64,000 bases of DNA from Octopus vulgaris. Taxonomy: Eukaryota. Both the position numbers and the translations under genes were made by a program. Below are positions 13,450 to 27,486 of this stretch, in pieces. Where the stretch lies: positions 15,872,001 through 15,936,000 of the forward strand of contig OX597838.1 of the NCBI GenBank assembly GCA_951406725.2, read 5' to 3'. A model generated the notes under the pieces. That model was not told the DNA's origin and did no database searches. It saw nothing but the letters and a program-made list of their open reading frames with translations. Positions within the stretch are counted from its first letter, which is position 1. Each line of letters starts with the position of its first letter.

Positions 13450-13885
13450 GGATAAATTTTTTTTTTTACGAAAATTTTTTTATCAATGGCCAGCATATTA
13501 AAAAATACCTTTAAAGGTTAAAATTATAAACAACTTATAAATAAGGGCAAACAAAAAAAAATTCTAATGCCAAATATGCCGAAAAATTGGACATATTGTC
13601 CATTACCATATAATTTATCATAATACGCACGCTACTCGAAAAAAAAGCCGACTGAAATTTCTAAAAAAATTCCATTATTTCCATATCGGACCAGATTTAT
13701 CACTGACGAAGGGAGAGTTCTTACGAACTAACCCTGAAATCAGTCCGATATGGTAATAATGGAATTTTTTAGAAATTTCTGTCAGCTTTTTTTCGAGTAG
13801 CGTGCGTATTGTGAAAAATTATATGGTAATGGACAATAAGTCCAATTTTCGGCATATTTGGCATTAGAAATTTTTTCGTTTGCCC

Positions 13886-13894
<9 letters not shown>
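13450..13894 (+). mobile_element. Fold-back element (arms ~155 bp) with hammerhead-like loop, between TA tracts; probable Penelope inverted pLTR
   Basis: Arms ~13536-13691 and 13743-~13894 are reverse complements; the loop has CTGACGA-AGGG...CCCT-GAAA-TCAG-TC. Confidence 0.75.
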
Positions 13895-13944
<50 letters not shown>

Positions 13945-13945
<1 letters not shown>

Positions 13946-14506
13946 GTTGTATACTGTCAATCTAACAAGAACGTGACAGTAGGGGGTACACCACCGCTGC
14001 ATAGCCCTAGGAAGCATCGAACGCCTCCTAATAGCTTTGACACATTTTTTTCCCTGTGTCCTTATATACATATACGAAGGGGAGACAAATTTGAACGCGA
14101 TTTCCCAAAATAGCATGATTTTATCGATTTTTTCTGATGGTAAGGTATTGCATGGAAAACTAACGTCAGAATTAAGTTTCTTAGGGTAACATTAAGCTTC
14201 ACCATGAGTTTGGTGAAAATCGATTGCAAGTTGCGAAAACTACAACAGAAAATGTGTTGCAAATAAAAAGCTTAGATTCTCGACCCCATGTCGAATTTAT
14301 CGATTTTTTTTCAGAACTGGGGGAACTTTTCAAAATTTTCGCTGCGTTAGTTTTGAATTATGACATTGGGCTATGTGTGTGTCAAGTTTCATCAGAATCG
14401 GTTGAAAGCCGTGGTCAGGGTGAGGGTACAACCTGACAGACACACAGACACACAGACAGACAAACTGCCGTTTATATAGAGAGAGACCGTTTATATAGAG
14501 AGAGAT
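13945..14506 (-). mobile_element. Probable non-autonomous Helitron-like element
   Basis: Minus strand starts A|TCTCTCTCTATATAAACGG followed by (GTCT)n, a typical Helitron 5' end; that terminal motif is tandemly duplicated at 14468-14505. The 3' end is not clearly defined. Confidence 0.5.
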
Positions 14507-14865
14507 GAGGTCATATTATTATAATGATGCTACTCATAATTATGGTCTGACCAAAAAAAAAAAAAAAAAATTCAATATCCAACCTGCTCTAATATCACCT
14601 GATCCTAAAAATAGATAAAAGAAAATATCTTGTGATGAAATCCAGATTTTAATTTAAACATGGTATGGACACGTATTCTCTTAAGTGAAACTATTTCTGA
14701 TGAAGAGAAATTAGAAACACGATACACCGCCCGGTCCAGGAATTGAGACTGCAATCTTACGATCACGAATGCAACACCTTAAACACTAGGCCCCGCACCT
14801 TCGCTATTTTCCAGACTTAATTACACACACACAAGCACACACATGTATATACATACATACAAACA

Positions 14866-14909
<44 letters not shown>

Positions 14910-14964
14910 TACATATATAAAAATGCATACACACACATATATACACACCTATCTGAATATATAC

Positions 14965-15001
<37 letters not shown>

Positions 15002-15056
15002 TACATATATAAAAATGCATACACACACATATATACACACCTATCTGAATATATAC

Positions 15057-15111
<55 letters not shown>

Positions 15112-15204
15112 CATACATATATATATATACACACATATACATATATATATATATATATATTGTGTATATATATATATATATGTGTGTATATATATATATA
15201 TATA

Positions 15205-15245
<41 letters not shown>

Positions 15246-15312
15246 ATATGTATACATAAGAGAAGGCATGGGTGTAGAGAGAGGAGCAGATAGAAAAGCA
15301 AAGAGGAGATGA

Positions 15313-15349
<37 letters not shown>

Positions 15350-15495
15350 AGTGTTAATTATGAAGTAAGGCAGACAAGCTGGTTAAATGAAGCTTGTTTT
15401 AGCTTACAGCATGTTCTCTTTGCTGAATTTGTACTCATTCACCCCCGGCTTCAACTGCTGCTTGGCAACCCTAACTCCTGCCACCCATCTCTTAC

Positions 15496-15734
<239 letters not shown>

Positions 15735-16099
15735 TATGTATATGCGTGCGCGTGTGTTTATGTTATGTAGGTGTTCATGTAAGGGGTGATGCACTGAACG
15801 ACGTGTGCGAACATTCTTAATGAATTAAAATTTACCTTTTAGTTGGGAAGAACCTACTTTACTCGGTTATTGACATTAAGCATCTATTGACAGTCATTTG
15901 TGAAAGCCACCCAAATTAGATGGAGTCGCGTAAGGGTGAGCAGTTGCACATTAGCAGACGGTCTCACTTCAGTTCTTCACAAACGGTATGTTGTCAATTG
16001 TGTAACAATGCAGTCTTCTATCATAGAAATGGATCATTAAAATTCTGATTTCATTTCAAAATCCTTTGGGATTATTTAAATGTCGTAACATTACAATAT

Positions 16100-16319
16100 A
16101 TATTGGCTTCAAACTTTTTGCCACGAGGGCAGCAATTTCGGGGAAGAGGTTTAGTGGATTACATCGATCCCAGTGCTCAACTGGTACTTATTTTATCGAC
16201 TCTGAAAGGACGAAAAGCAAAGTCGATCGAGGCGTGATTTGAACTCAGAGCATAAAGATAGACGAAATGCGACTAAATATTTTTCCCGGCATGCTAACGC
16301 TTCTGCCAGCTTGCCGCCT
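16100..16319 (-). mobile_element. SINE family B, older variant
   Basis: CTGGTACTTATTTTATCGAC...TTTGAACTCAG...CTGCCAGCTTGCCGCCT. Confidence 0.85.
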
Positions 16320-16332
16320 CAGCATCACAATA

Positions 16333-16528
16333 AAAATAATAAATGCGCCCTTTTAAAGCCTAACCAGCCCATCGCAGCGTTACTCACTTTTGCCAGCTGA
16401 GTGGAATGGAGCAACGAGAAATGAAGTGTTTTGCTCAAGAACACAACGCGTTGCCAGGTCAAGGAATCGAAACCACAATCTTATGATCATGATGCTGACA
16501 CTCTAACCACTAAGCCCCGCGCCTCCAC
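16333..16528 (-). mobile_element. tRNA-derived SINE family C, internally deleted, ~13-bp TSD
   Basis: Head GTGGAGGCGCGGGGCTTAGTGGTTAGAG...GGTTTCGATTCC; TSD CAGCA(T/C)CACAATA at 16320-16332 and 16529-16541. Confidence 0.85.
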
Positions 16529-17029
16529 CAGCACCACAATATATATTATTAATTACTGGTAGTGACATCGTATTTCGTTATGCAACCACAATATGCTACC
16601 AATTATATTTAAAAGCTTGTAAGTCAATACTGCGCCCGACCAGTGTTAGCAGTACTATCAAATCACTTTTGAAATTTTGTATTTGATTGGCAAGATTCTT
16701 TATGCGAATTCGGGTGTTGAAGCAAATTTTGTTGTGTCCTGGAGAGTCGTTATGCCAGACTCTCCCAAATCAATTTTGAAGTTATACGTCTATGTAAACA
16801 CAATACGATCGAAGATAGACAAATAGGTATGCATTTTTCTGTCTTCGATCGCATTGTTTTTACAGTGACGTCTTCGTCTACGTAACGTCGTGACAAATCA
16901 GGGCTGGCTTTAATTTCTCTTGAAAATCTGTAGAGATAACTGTAAAAAGTGCTCTGTGTGAATAGTCTGGCTGCATCCGAAAAAATATATATTATGAAAC
17001 AAAAATAAACACAAAATTTATTACACGAA

Positions 17030-17520
17030 TCTGTTACCACCACGACAGTCAACTGTTCGACGCCGAACACGAGTTTGATGTTGAATACATCCACGAATTT
17101 TCCACTCAGATAGCTCTTCCCAAGACTGCAAGTATTGCCAGTTTATCTCTCTCACTAATTTGTTCACCTCGCCTGCGAGCCATCTAAAGTTAATAATGAT
17201 TCTGCTAATTCCACGTGTACACATGTGTTGAATAGAACTCACTGAATACATCTTAATTAACTGTGTTATTAATTGTATGCACCTGACATATGCTAACGTG
17301 TATGCAGCCAGACTTTTCACACAGAAGGTATTTCTTTTTCAACCTTAAACTAGGAAGGTGCCGGTCTCCACTAAAGTTACAACTGTTTGGGAACTTTATT
17401 GGATAATTGTACAGATTTTCTTCTTCACTGCAACAGTTAATGCTTTTGTTGGAGACAGTTTCTACATTAAATTAGTTGGCAATTTCCTTCTGTATAGCAT
17501 GAACGTCACTTGTAGAGGAT
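17030..17520 (-). mobile_element. Highly decayed Helitron PIF1-helicase remnant (tentative)
   Basis: Minus-strand peptides NYPIKFPNSCNFSG...LRLKKK and VFGVEQLTVVV occur in the order of Helitron motifs YP.EFLNSL..SG.P...L.LK and VF.HGQLYVA. Confidence 0.45.
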
Positions 17521-17868
17521 ATTGAATAACTAATGGGCTACCAAAATCTTCATTTATTTCACATTCATGATGCGACCTCAACAACCTTTCGAGGATCAAT
17601 CCTGTTACCAGAGTACTATTGTTTTTCTCTGTCTTTCAGAACATGAAGGAGAAAGCAGTTCAATCACGCTCTCGCGTTGGTGTAAACAAACAGTGTTTGT
17701 CAAAAATCGCCAAGAAACAACATGGTCTCTGCCATCAAATCGTAAATCAAAAGGCCACAAAATATGCCGTCAACAGCTTCATATACATACTTCGACATTT
17801 GTGGTGATCCATTTCAACAGATGAAACCACAACTCGAATTATTTTTATCAGTTTGCTGTTGACATCAA

Positions 17869-17937
<69 letters not shown>

Positions 17938-18521
17938 GCATGCATTTAGCGACCAGGAGACACATTTACCTTAGAGTGTAGGGACATCTATATAAGATCA
18001 CACCATCCGGTACTGTATCCAACACCACCAACATATGTGTGTATGTGTGTCTAATAAAAAATATATATTTACTAACCGAAAAGCATGTTATTAAAATAAA
18101 TCAGGATCTTTACATTTTGACCGACAGATCTAAAAAATTATGTTTTGTAACTAAACACTTTCAAACTTCGGACACTGGTAGAATGTGTCATATAAAACAT
18201 CTTTTACTCTTAGCATTTTTGAGAAAAAACTAATATTTACGAAGTTATTTCACGTTAAAGTTCTCGTATTTCGGTAATTTCAACCAATCAATGACGTGTA
18301 TTCAGCTGAATAAAGTTGCTGCCGTTGTTTGCCAACAACTATCGGCGGTGTATTTTTCGTTTGTCACTGTTATTTACGACATCGTTCGTGCGTTTGTACT
18401 GGTTTTAGCTTTAAGGTTTTAGGGTTAGGGTTGTCATAAAAAACCGTGAAATATAGAAAAAAAGAAAAAGTCCAAAGAAGGGAAAACGGAGAAAGAAAAT
18501 CGCCAACGATACACACGCGGT

Positions 18522-18593
<72 letters not shown>

Positions 18594-18952
18594 GTATATA
18601 TATAAATTTATATATATACATATATATACATACATATACACACACGCACACATATATATATACATACTACTGATTTTGCTCATTATTTTAGGAAGCTGTG
18701 TAATAGTGAGCACCTTTGATCCGGGAGGAACATCTATGATATGACAGCTGAGTGGAGAGAGTGCGTGAGAGAGGAGGGCTGCACTGGCAATTGGCTGGGA
18801 CTCATTTTTAGGTGACTATGCAGAAGCAACATGAAATGAAGACATTAGCTGAAGGTCTCAGTCCTACTTCGAGCAGAATTCGATCCACAACATTACAAAT
18901 GGAAGCCCATCTCCCTAACCATTAAGCCAAGTGCCTTCGTATTAGATATATA

Positions 18953-19172
18953 TATTTCCTTACTACCCACAAGGGGCTAAACACAGAGGGGACAAACAAG
19001 GACAGACAAACGGATTAAGTTGATTACATCGACCCCAGTGCGTAACTGGTACTTAATTTATCGACCCCGAAAGGATGAAAGGCAAAGTCGACCTCGGCGG
19101 AATTTGAACTCAGAACGTAACGACAGACGAAATACGGCTACGCATTTTCGCCCGGCGTGCTAACGTTTCTGC
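18953..19172 (-). mobile_element. SINE family B
   Basis: Near-identical to 763-990. Confidence 0.9.
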
Positions 19173-19594
19173 CCGGCAACAACACCAATAGCTATAGTAA
19201 AGAATGCGTGGCATCCACAGGTGTTTATCAATTACGTGAATATATGTGTGTGATTGCGTCTGAGTTTGTGCTTATCAAGGATACGTGTCGTGTATGTTAA
19301 GGGATGTGTGTTTGTATGGTGTGTCTTTTATGTATGTGCGTGTGTTTTCTATGTGTATGGTATCTGGTATGTACTCACTTGTTTGTTTGCCCGCGCACGT
19401 ATGTTTTCTATACGTATAGTGTTTGTTTGTTTGCGTGTGTGTGTGTGTGTTTTCTATACGTATAGTGTTTGTTTGTGTGTGTGCGGAAGGGGGGGTGCGT
19501 GTGGTGCCTGGTACGTGTGTGTCCGTGTCCGTTGTGTACTTGTGTGTACGTGTATGTGCGATGGTATGTCTGATGCTTCTATTATGAATGCTTG

Positions 19595-19662
<68 letters not shown>

Positions 19663-19838
19663 AGCATATTATGTGATGTGCCGTGTAAGTGAATACGCGT
19701 GTATATGCACGCATGTGTGTGCGTGTATGTGTGTGTCTGTGTGTGTGTGCGTGTGTGTACGTGTATGTGTGCGTGCGTGTGTGCGTGCGTGTGTGTGTGT
19801 GTGCGTGCGTGTGTGTGTGTGCGTGCGTGTGTGTGTGT

Positions 19839-19889
<51 letters not shown>

Positions 19890-20370
19890 TGTGTGTAAGT
19901 TTGTTATTTTTAGGGGTGGCGCTGGTGAGAAAATTATATGATGAGGGCGAGGGTTAGGGTGGAATGTGGTGGACGGAATAGAGAGATGAAGAGGGGGTGA
20001 ACCGGGTGCGTGGTGGTAACGGCGGCGGTGGTAGCAAGGGTGGGGGAGGTGGTGGAAGTGGTGGATTGTAGTCGTTTTAGGTAACACTTCGAACTTGATA
20101 ACTCTTGCACTGGAACTAATCTATTCCACCAACTTCTGAAGTGGAAGCATTGTGTGGGGTGCCGGTTAGGTGGTGGGTTTGGGGTTCGAGTTGGGGGTTG
20201 GGTAGATATAGATGGATGGATGGATGGATAAACAGATAGGTACGTAATTATGTAGATCGACAGGTAAACAGATAAACAGAGATTAATTAGGCAGGTATGT
20301 AGATAGACAGATAGATAAACAGACAGGCGAACAGACAGACAGATAGGCAGAAAGATAGAAAGACTGATAG

Positions 20371-20471
<101 letters not shown>

Positions 20472-20829
20472 TAGATAGATATTTGGATGGATGAATGGAT
20501 GGATGGATAGATAGGCGAAAACATGGTTGTATGGTAAGAAGTTTGGGTAATCTCTTACTAATAACTATAAATATATCGAAACGTAGAGTAGATGAAACCA
20601 TGGCGACTGAAGAAGGGGTTTTTTCCTTGTGTTATTTGTCCTGTACTCTATTTTTTTGTTGTTTAAGAAAAATGTCCAGTTTCTTGGGTTTGTGTCTATG
20701 TTTTTGTTTCTCATTGTGTTCGACGTTTTTTTTTTTGGTGTCCTGTACTCATATATGCGTGTATATATACATGTAGAGGTTGGTACGTACATATATGTAT
20801 ATATATATATGCATATGTTTTATTTATTA

Positions 20830-20895
<66 letters not shown>

Positions 20896-20977
20896 GGTCC
20901 CGGGTTGAGTCGGGGTTAACCACAGTAAATAAGGTACTCAATACATAGCAGAGTAAATTAATTTATTATATAGAAGG

Positions 20978-21028
20978 AGCTTCTACAGGACTAGAACTGT
21001 TTCATTCAAAAGAAATCATCAGGAAGCT
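20978..21028 (-). ncRNA. Candidate type I hammerhead ribozyme
   Basis: AGCUUC-CUGAUGA-U-UUC-UUUU-GAA-U-GAAA-CAG-UUCUAGUC-CUG-UA/GAAGCU: canonical core, 6-bp stem I, 4-bp stem III, GUA cleavage triplet; stem II has a U-U first pair. Confidence 0.72.
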
Positions 21029-21350
21029 AGTAGACAAGAGTTGTTTTGGCATTTATACATTTAGGCAGGTTTAAATGGGTGGTGGTAGGGGACTTTTTTG
21101 TGGGTAGGCATGGCGCAAAACTGTCATTATTAGGGGAGTGGTCAAAGGAAACGGTGGTAAAGTAGATAAAAGAATAAATAAAAGAATAAAAGAATAAATA
21201 GAAAAATGGAGTTTTAGGTAAGTAAGGAGACTCTCACTTGTACATCTACATATATATATATATACATATATACACCCACATATATATATACAAGAGTGAG
21301 TGGACAAGCGAAAGAAGGGCACTCAGCACATTTATTGAGGGTTACATATA

Positions 21351-21491
21351 TGGATCAGAACAGTTTGATTCAAATTCATTGGTACTCTGAGTTTCAGGCG
21401 TAAATTTGAATCCAAATTCAAATGGCTGAAGACTAGCATCACGTTTGAAACTCGGAGTACCAACGAATTTGAATCAAACTGTTCTGATCCA
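21351..21491. mobile_element. Palindromic MITE, copy 2, TA-flanked
   Basis: TA|TGGATCAGAACAGTTTGATTCAAATTC...GAATTTGAATCAAACTGTTCTGATCCA|TA. Confidence 0.85.
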
Positions 21492-21849
21492 TACACACGC
21501 ACACACATACCCGCACGCATGCACACACAAACACACACAAATACATTCAACCAATTTCAGAAATATCCTGCATAAAGATCTCAGAGCTTTTTCCTAATTC
21601 CGAGCATATTCACAAGCAGCTGACCATAGATGATTCAGTGTATGTATCATGCTTAAACCTCTTACTACTTTAAAATACTGTTAACAATAACCTTTTTGAG
21701 AATCCTAAACGTAAGTTTACATGTCCAGCAAAACGTAAACAGAGCATAGTCAAGAAAATATAGATTGTTGAATTCTGTCCATCCATAACACGTCTTAAAT
21801 TTCGGTAATAGAAAATTATATTAGTACCATAATGTATAATAGAAGGCTT

Positions 21850-22265
21850 CTCTTTACTCTTTACCCTTTTACTTGTTTCAGTCATTTGACTGCGGCCATG
21901 CTGGAGCACCGCCTTTAGTCGAGCAAATCGACCCCAGGACTTATTCTTTGTAAGCCCAGTACTTATTCTATCGGTCTCTTTTGCCGAACCGCTAAGTGAC
22001 GGGGACGTAAACACACCAGCATCGGTTGTCAAGCAATGCTAGGGGGACAAACACAGACACACAAACATATACACACACACATATATATATATACATATAT
22101 ACGACAGGATTCTTTCAGTTTCCGTCTACCAAATCCACTCACAAGGCATTGGGCGGCCCGGGGCTATAGCAGAAGACACTTGCCCAAGATGCCACGCAGT
22201 GGGACTGAACCCGGAACCATGTGGTTGGTTAGCAAGCTACTTACCACACAGCCACTCCTGCGCCT
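21850..22265 (-). mobile_element. tRNA-derived SINE family A, full length
   Basis: Head AGGCGCAGGAGTGGCTGTGTGGTAAG, B-box-like GGTTCAGTCCC, internal (TA)n(TG)n tract, tail GAAACAAGTAAAAG. Confidence 0.93.
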
Positions 22266-22582
22266 TTTTTTTTTTTTTTTGAAAAAGATATTTAGGGGTA
22301 AAACGGATCTTTAATTTTTTTTTTATTTGTGATGTTGAGATACGTGATTATACTGAAGCAGACGTCTACGAGTAGAGAGGACTATATTGTACTTGCTTCG
22401 CAAAAAATTGGGTTTCTTTGAATTAAATTTGTATAGAGATGACGGACTTTGAATCCTTCGTTTTGTGTACGGCTACCAAGGAGATAACTGCGGGTAAAAT
22501 CAAATTATACTTTTAGAGAATTAACTACAGAAATTGTGGTTAATACTTACAATAAGAATTGCTAATATTTTAGATATAACTA

Positions 22583-23140
22583 GGCAGCGAGCTGGCAGAA
22601 TCATTAGCACGGCGGACAAAATGTTTAGCGGTATTTCGTCTGCCGTTACGTGCTGAGTTCAGATTCTGCTGAGGTCGACTTTGACTTTCATCATTTCGGG
22701 GTCGATAAATTAAGTACTAGTTGCGTACTGGGTCCATCTAATCGACTGGTCCCCTCCCCAAAAATTTCGGGCCTTGTGCATAGAGAAGAAAAGAATATTT
22801 TAGATATGGCTAGATGGCAGAATCATTAGCCTGCCGGACAAAATGTTTAGCCCTACTTCTTCAGTCTTTACCTTCTGAGTTCCGCCGAGATTGACCTTGC
22901 TTTTCATCCTTTTGGGGTCGATAAAATAAATACGAGTTGAATCCTTGGGATCGATGCAATCAAATTACCTCTCTCCCGAAATTGCTGGCCTTGTGCCAAA
23001 ATTTGGAATCAATATTTTAAATATAACTAAGTTCACATTTCCTCATTCGATGAAATAAGTACCAGTTAAACACTGGGGTCCATGTAATTGACTTAGCCCC
23101 TCCTGCGAAATTTCTTGTGCCAAAGTTTGAAACTAGTATT
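22583..23140 (+). mobile_element. Cluster of two to three diverged SINE family B copies, head to tail
   Basis: GGCAGCGAGCTGGCAGAATC at 22583, TGGCAGAATC at ~22815, repeated GGGGTCGATAAA cores. Confidence 0.85.
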
Positions 23141-23824
23141 TTAGACATAAATTTAGCTTTAATAACCCTAAAACATTACCCTAGCGAGATAATATTAAGT
23201 CTAACGAAATGCTGCTAAGCAATTTCCTGGCGTGCTTACGATACTGCTAGCTCGTTGCCGTAGATTATTGTAATATTACATTATCAAAATAAGAGAGGTA
23301 AAAAAAACAACAACAACAAAACCCCAAAACAACATACAAAAATACACAGAGAGGTAAAAATAGGAAAAGGAAAAAAATATACGATCCAATTTTCTTGCTG
23401 TAGAAGATTGAATCATATAATTTTTTTTTTTCATTCTCAAAACTGGAAGAACTTTTCTAAATATAATTAAAGAAAACAAACCATTTCCTTACGGATCACT
23501 GATGTAAAATAATGTAACGTCATCTATAAACATGCTGAAAAATTTCCTACTTAATTAGATTGTACAAATAAAAGAATTCTCACAAGCATACATACTCACT
23601 ATCTTCTACCTTGATGTAACTGAGGTAGAGGACTTTAAGTACTTAGGTAAACGCCTAATGAAAACAATAGCTAACGTGTTAAAGTTCCCCTTGCATACAG
23701 CAGAGATGTAAAGAACAATGTTGGTTTCTCAGAAAAGATATTTTTAAATAATCATACCCAGCATTTCTATTCCTTTAATACTTCAATATATCTAGAGTTC
23801 GAAAGGTAGAAATATTGAAGGTAT

Positions 23825-24044
23825 ATTTCTTTACTAACCACAAGGGACTACACACAGAGGGGACCAACAAAGACAGACAAAGGGATTAAGTCGATTACAT
23901 CGACCCCAGTGCGTAACTGGTACTTAATTTATCGACCCCGAAAGGATGAAAGGCAAAGTCGACCTCGGCGGAATTTGAACTCAGAACGTAACGGCAGACA
24001 AAATATGGCTACGCATTTCGCCCGGCGTGCTAACGTTTCTGCCA
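23825..24044 (-). mobile_element. SINE family B
   Basis: Near-identical to 763-990. Confidence 0.9.
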
Positions 24045-24269
24045 GGTAGAAGATATCCATTTTGAACCTCCTGTAAACGGTTAATTAAGTGTTGTTGTTT
24101 TTTTTTTTAGGTCTGAGAAATTCTCAATGGATACATTTAATATGCTGGACGAAAAAACAATAAAACAAAATCTGAACTGATCTCGACTTGCTGTCAACAG
24201 GTTAGATTTTTTTTTAAATTGTATTTTACCCACGTTGTAAAAAGTGAAGTTTTGAAAAGTTGTCCTGTT

Positions 24270-24432
24270 ATTATTATTATTGTTTTTTGTATTTATATTC
24301 GTGTGGCATCGTCCGTTTTTCTGTCCTTGTTTCGTATACATTTGATCCTTTTTCCAAGAAATCTAATGCTCGTAGCTTAGTTTTTCCTTGAGGCTGGCCG
24401 GATCGGAGCGATCTCAAGATTAATCAGCCGAA

Positions 24433-24436
<4 letters not shown>
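24270..24436 (+). mobile_element. Dispersed repeat family D (probable Penelope pLTR derivative), abutting (TA)n
   Basis: AATCTAATGCTCGTAGCTTAGTTTTTCC...TCTCAAGATTAATCAGCCGAAATT, shared with 42752-42955 and 55830-56150. Confidence 0.65.
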
Positions 24437-24500
<64 letters not shown>

Positions 24501-25067
24501 GTATTTATGTATATGTGTGTATATATATAAATACATATATGATTATACATACGTGTGAGTGTGTGTGTATGTAAGTATGTATTTGTGTATATATGTATCT
24601 ATCTAGTGCAAATAAAATTCCCGAGATGTATGTATATAATAAATGCGAAAACTAATTTCTGTGTGTCAGTGTGTCACACTTCGACCCCCTGTCTTACTAT
24701 TCATTGGTACTTCTACTATTGCTCATGTTGGGGTGAGAATAGAGACGGTAGTAGATTGACGGTTGCGATGGTAATGGGGTGATAGAAAGAGTATGAGCTG
24801 TAGTTGTGATAGAGGCGGAGGCGACGGTGATGATGGTATTGGTGGTGGTAGCTGAAGCAGTCAGAGACAATGGTGATAGTAAGTGATGTGAAAGACAGTG
24901 GTAATGGTGGTGGAGGGGAAGACGGCGAAGTCGGAGGTATTGATGGTGGTGGCGTCAAAAGTCTGAATGGTGTGTGTATGGCAGTTGTGGTGGGGATGGT
25001 GGTGGTACTGGTGAGGGTGGTGTTTGAAAATAATCAACAGTAAGAAAGAGAGAGATAGAGAGAGAGA

Positions 25068-25136
<69 letters not shown>

Positions 25137-25381
25137 TAGACAGAAAAAAATTGTACTGACCCCTGAACAGGAAGACAAAAAAATGTTTATCATGCAGCTT
25201 TGCAATAAGTTCAAAGTCGACAAATTATATCATTGTTTTAATGAAAATTGTTCATCGCTTGAAAAATATTGTTCAAGTTCAATAAAATTTAATATGTACT
25301 CAATGCATGAAGTGTCATTGTTGAGCCCAATGCCCAAGAAGGAGCCCTCCACGTGAGGTAGCTTAAAAGCCGCCATATATA

Positions 25382-25417
<36 letters not shown>

Positions 25418-25431
25418 TATATGTATATATA

Positions 25432-25590
25432 TAATACAAAATGGGACAAGAACGCAAAACATCTAGGCAGTTAGGTGATACAAAAATGGGACAACAAAAC
25501 ATCCAGATAGACGATACAAAGAAAACGAGGACGGGTCATTCGAAGTTTTCTTTCCTCAGTCAAGCACCAGATAATCCTCGCAATTTCGGT
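25432..25590 (-). mobile_element. Dispersed repeat family D fragment
   Basis: AATACAAAATGGGACAAGAACGCAAAACATC...CCTCGCAATTTCGG matches the reverse complement of 42837-42950. Confidence 0.65.
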
Positions 25591-25730
25591 TAAGTAAAGC
25601 AGTTAGCAAAGATTACGCTATAAATTGAAAAAGAAACATATATAGAGCAATAAATATACTGCCATATATAAGCATAACTAAAACGAAGAAGCTCTAGAAA
25701 ATAAACTTATGTAACAAGTTCGAATAAATA

Positions 25731-26103
25731 CTCTTTACTCTTTTTACTCTTTTACTTGTTTCAGTCATTTGACTGCGGCCATGCTGGAGCACCGCCTTTA
25801 GTCGAGCAAATCGACCCCAGGACTTATTCTTTGTAAGCCTAGTACTTATTCTATCGGTCTCTTTTGCCGAACCGCTAAGTGACGGGGACATGAACACACC
25901 AGCGTCGGTTGTCAAGCGATGTTGGGAGGACAAACACAGACGCACAAACACGCATAGTTTCCGTCTACCAAATCCACTCACAAGGCTTTGGTCGGCCCGA
26001 GGCTGTAGTAGAAGACGCTTGCCCAAAGTGCCACGCGGTGGGACTGAACCCGAACCATGTGGTTGGTAAGCAAGCTACTTACCACACAGCCACGCCTGTG
26101 CCT
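25731..26103 (-). mobile_element. SINE family A, lacking the central microsatellite
   Basis: Homologous to 21850-22265. Confidence 0.92.
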
Positions 26104-26703
26104 AATGTATAAATGTATAATATTTTCATTAAAGACACAATAACTGATACAAAACCAGTCTCTCTTCCCTGTAACGCCTCTACAGAGGCGAGAGGAAATA
26201 GTTTTGGACAAGTCATCATATTCTAAATAAATACATTCTATTTGCAACTTTGCATTGAGTCATTTGCTCTGAATTGCGTTATATTCTTTGTTAGCAAGGA
26301 CCGTAGAACAATGAATGATATATACGTTCCACAGTTTCTGGACACAAAAGTCTTTTCTAGCCGACAGCTGTTCATAAAAATATATCGTTATTCGTTATGA
26401 GGGACACTATAGAGAGTATTTCTGATCGACGTTACTATTTTTATACATGGGGATGTAGTCGTCGGTGATGTGCGGAACAACTGAAACATCTGGAACGCAA
26501 ATACACACATAGCAAACAGGCTACACAATTTGTGTTTACTATACAGAAGCCTCCCTGGAGGTATTTTCACTCAGCCATATAGCTGATATCCATAATCAGT
26601 GTCACTACTTCCCTCCCTCTCTCTCTCTCTCTCCTTTCTCTCTCTCTCTCAGTGTGTACGCATGCGTGTGTGTATATATGTATATACGTATATATATATA
26701 TAT

Positions 26704-26747
<44 letters not shown>

Positions 26748-26790
26748 GTACATACATTTACTTAGATATATGTGTGTGTGTATGTATATG

Positions 26791-26868
<78 letters not shown>

Positions 26869-26947
26869 TATATATATGTATATATATGGATATATATATA
26901 TATATGTATATATGGATATATATATAATAGATAAATAATATATAATG

Positions 26948-26999
<52 letters not shown>

Positions 27000-27426
27000 C
27001 GTTATATATGTATGTATGTATATATATATATATATATATACGTGTATACACACACACATATCGAAATAGAACTGTGTCCTTGTGTGCAAATATGTATAGT
27101 ACCTATAAGACATTAGCAGTAATTCGAATCCAAGAGTTAAAATCACGATACACAGTATAACCCCCACCCCCCACCCCACCCCCACACACACACAACTTAA
27201 AAACTTAGAATTTGTGCAGAAGCGAATCAGAATTTAGGTCAAGTGACTGTTCAAAACCTTATTTTTCATCACGTGAATTAAATGAAGTTATCTAAAACAA
27301 ATTTATAATGATGTCAACAAGTGGAAATGAGTTCGGATTTTGTTTTTGTTCAGCACAAACGCTTCCATTTAAAACTTCTTCAACATAAAAAGCATTTGTA
27401 GGAAATCCAATATTAGCAGTATCTAA

Positions 27427-27427
27427 T

Positions 27428-27486
<59 letters not shown>

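Noticed and set aside
14697-14725. CTGATGA...GAAA hammerhead-like text
   Set aside because: No stem II pairing (AGAGAAATTA) and no credible stem III or cleavage site.
18411-18432. Interstitial telomeric repeat TTAGGG
   Set aside because: Only two perfect units; too short to interpret.
22036-22314. Recurrent ORFs such as MLGGQTQTHK and SFSFRLPNPLTRLWSARGYSRRHLPK
   Set aside because: Antisense translations of SINE family A, not a gene family.
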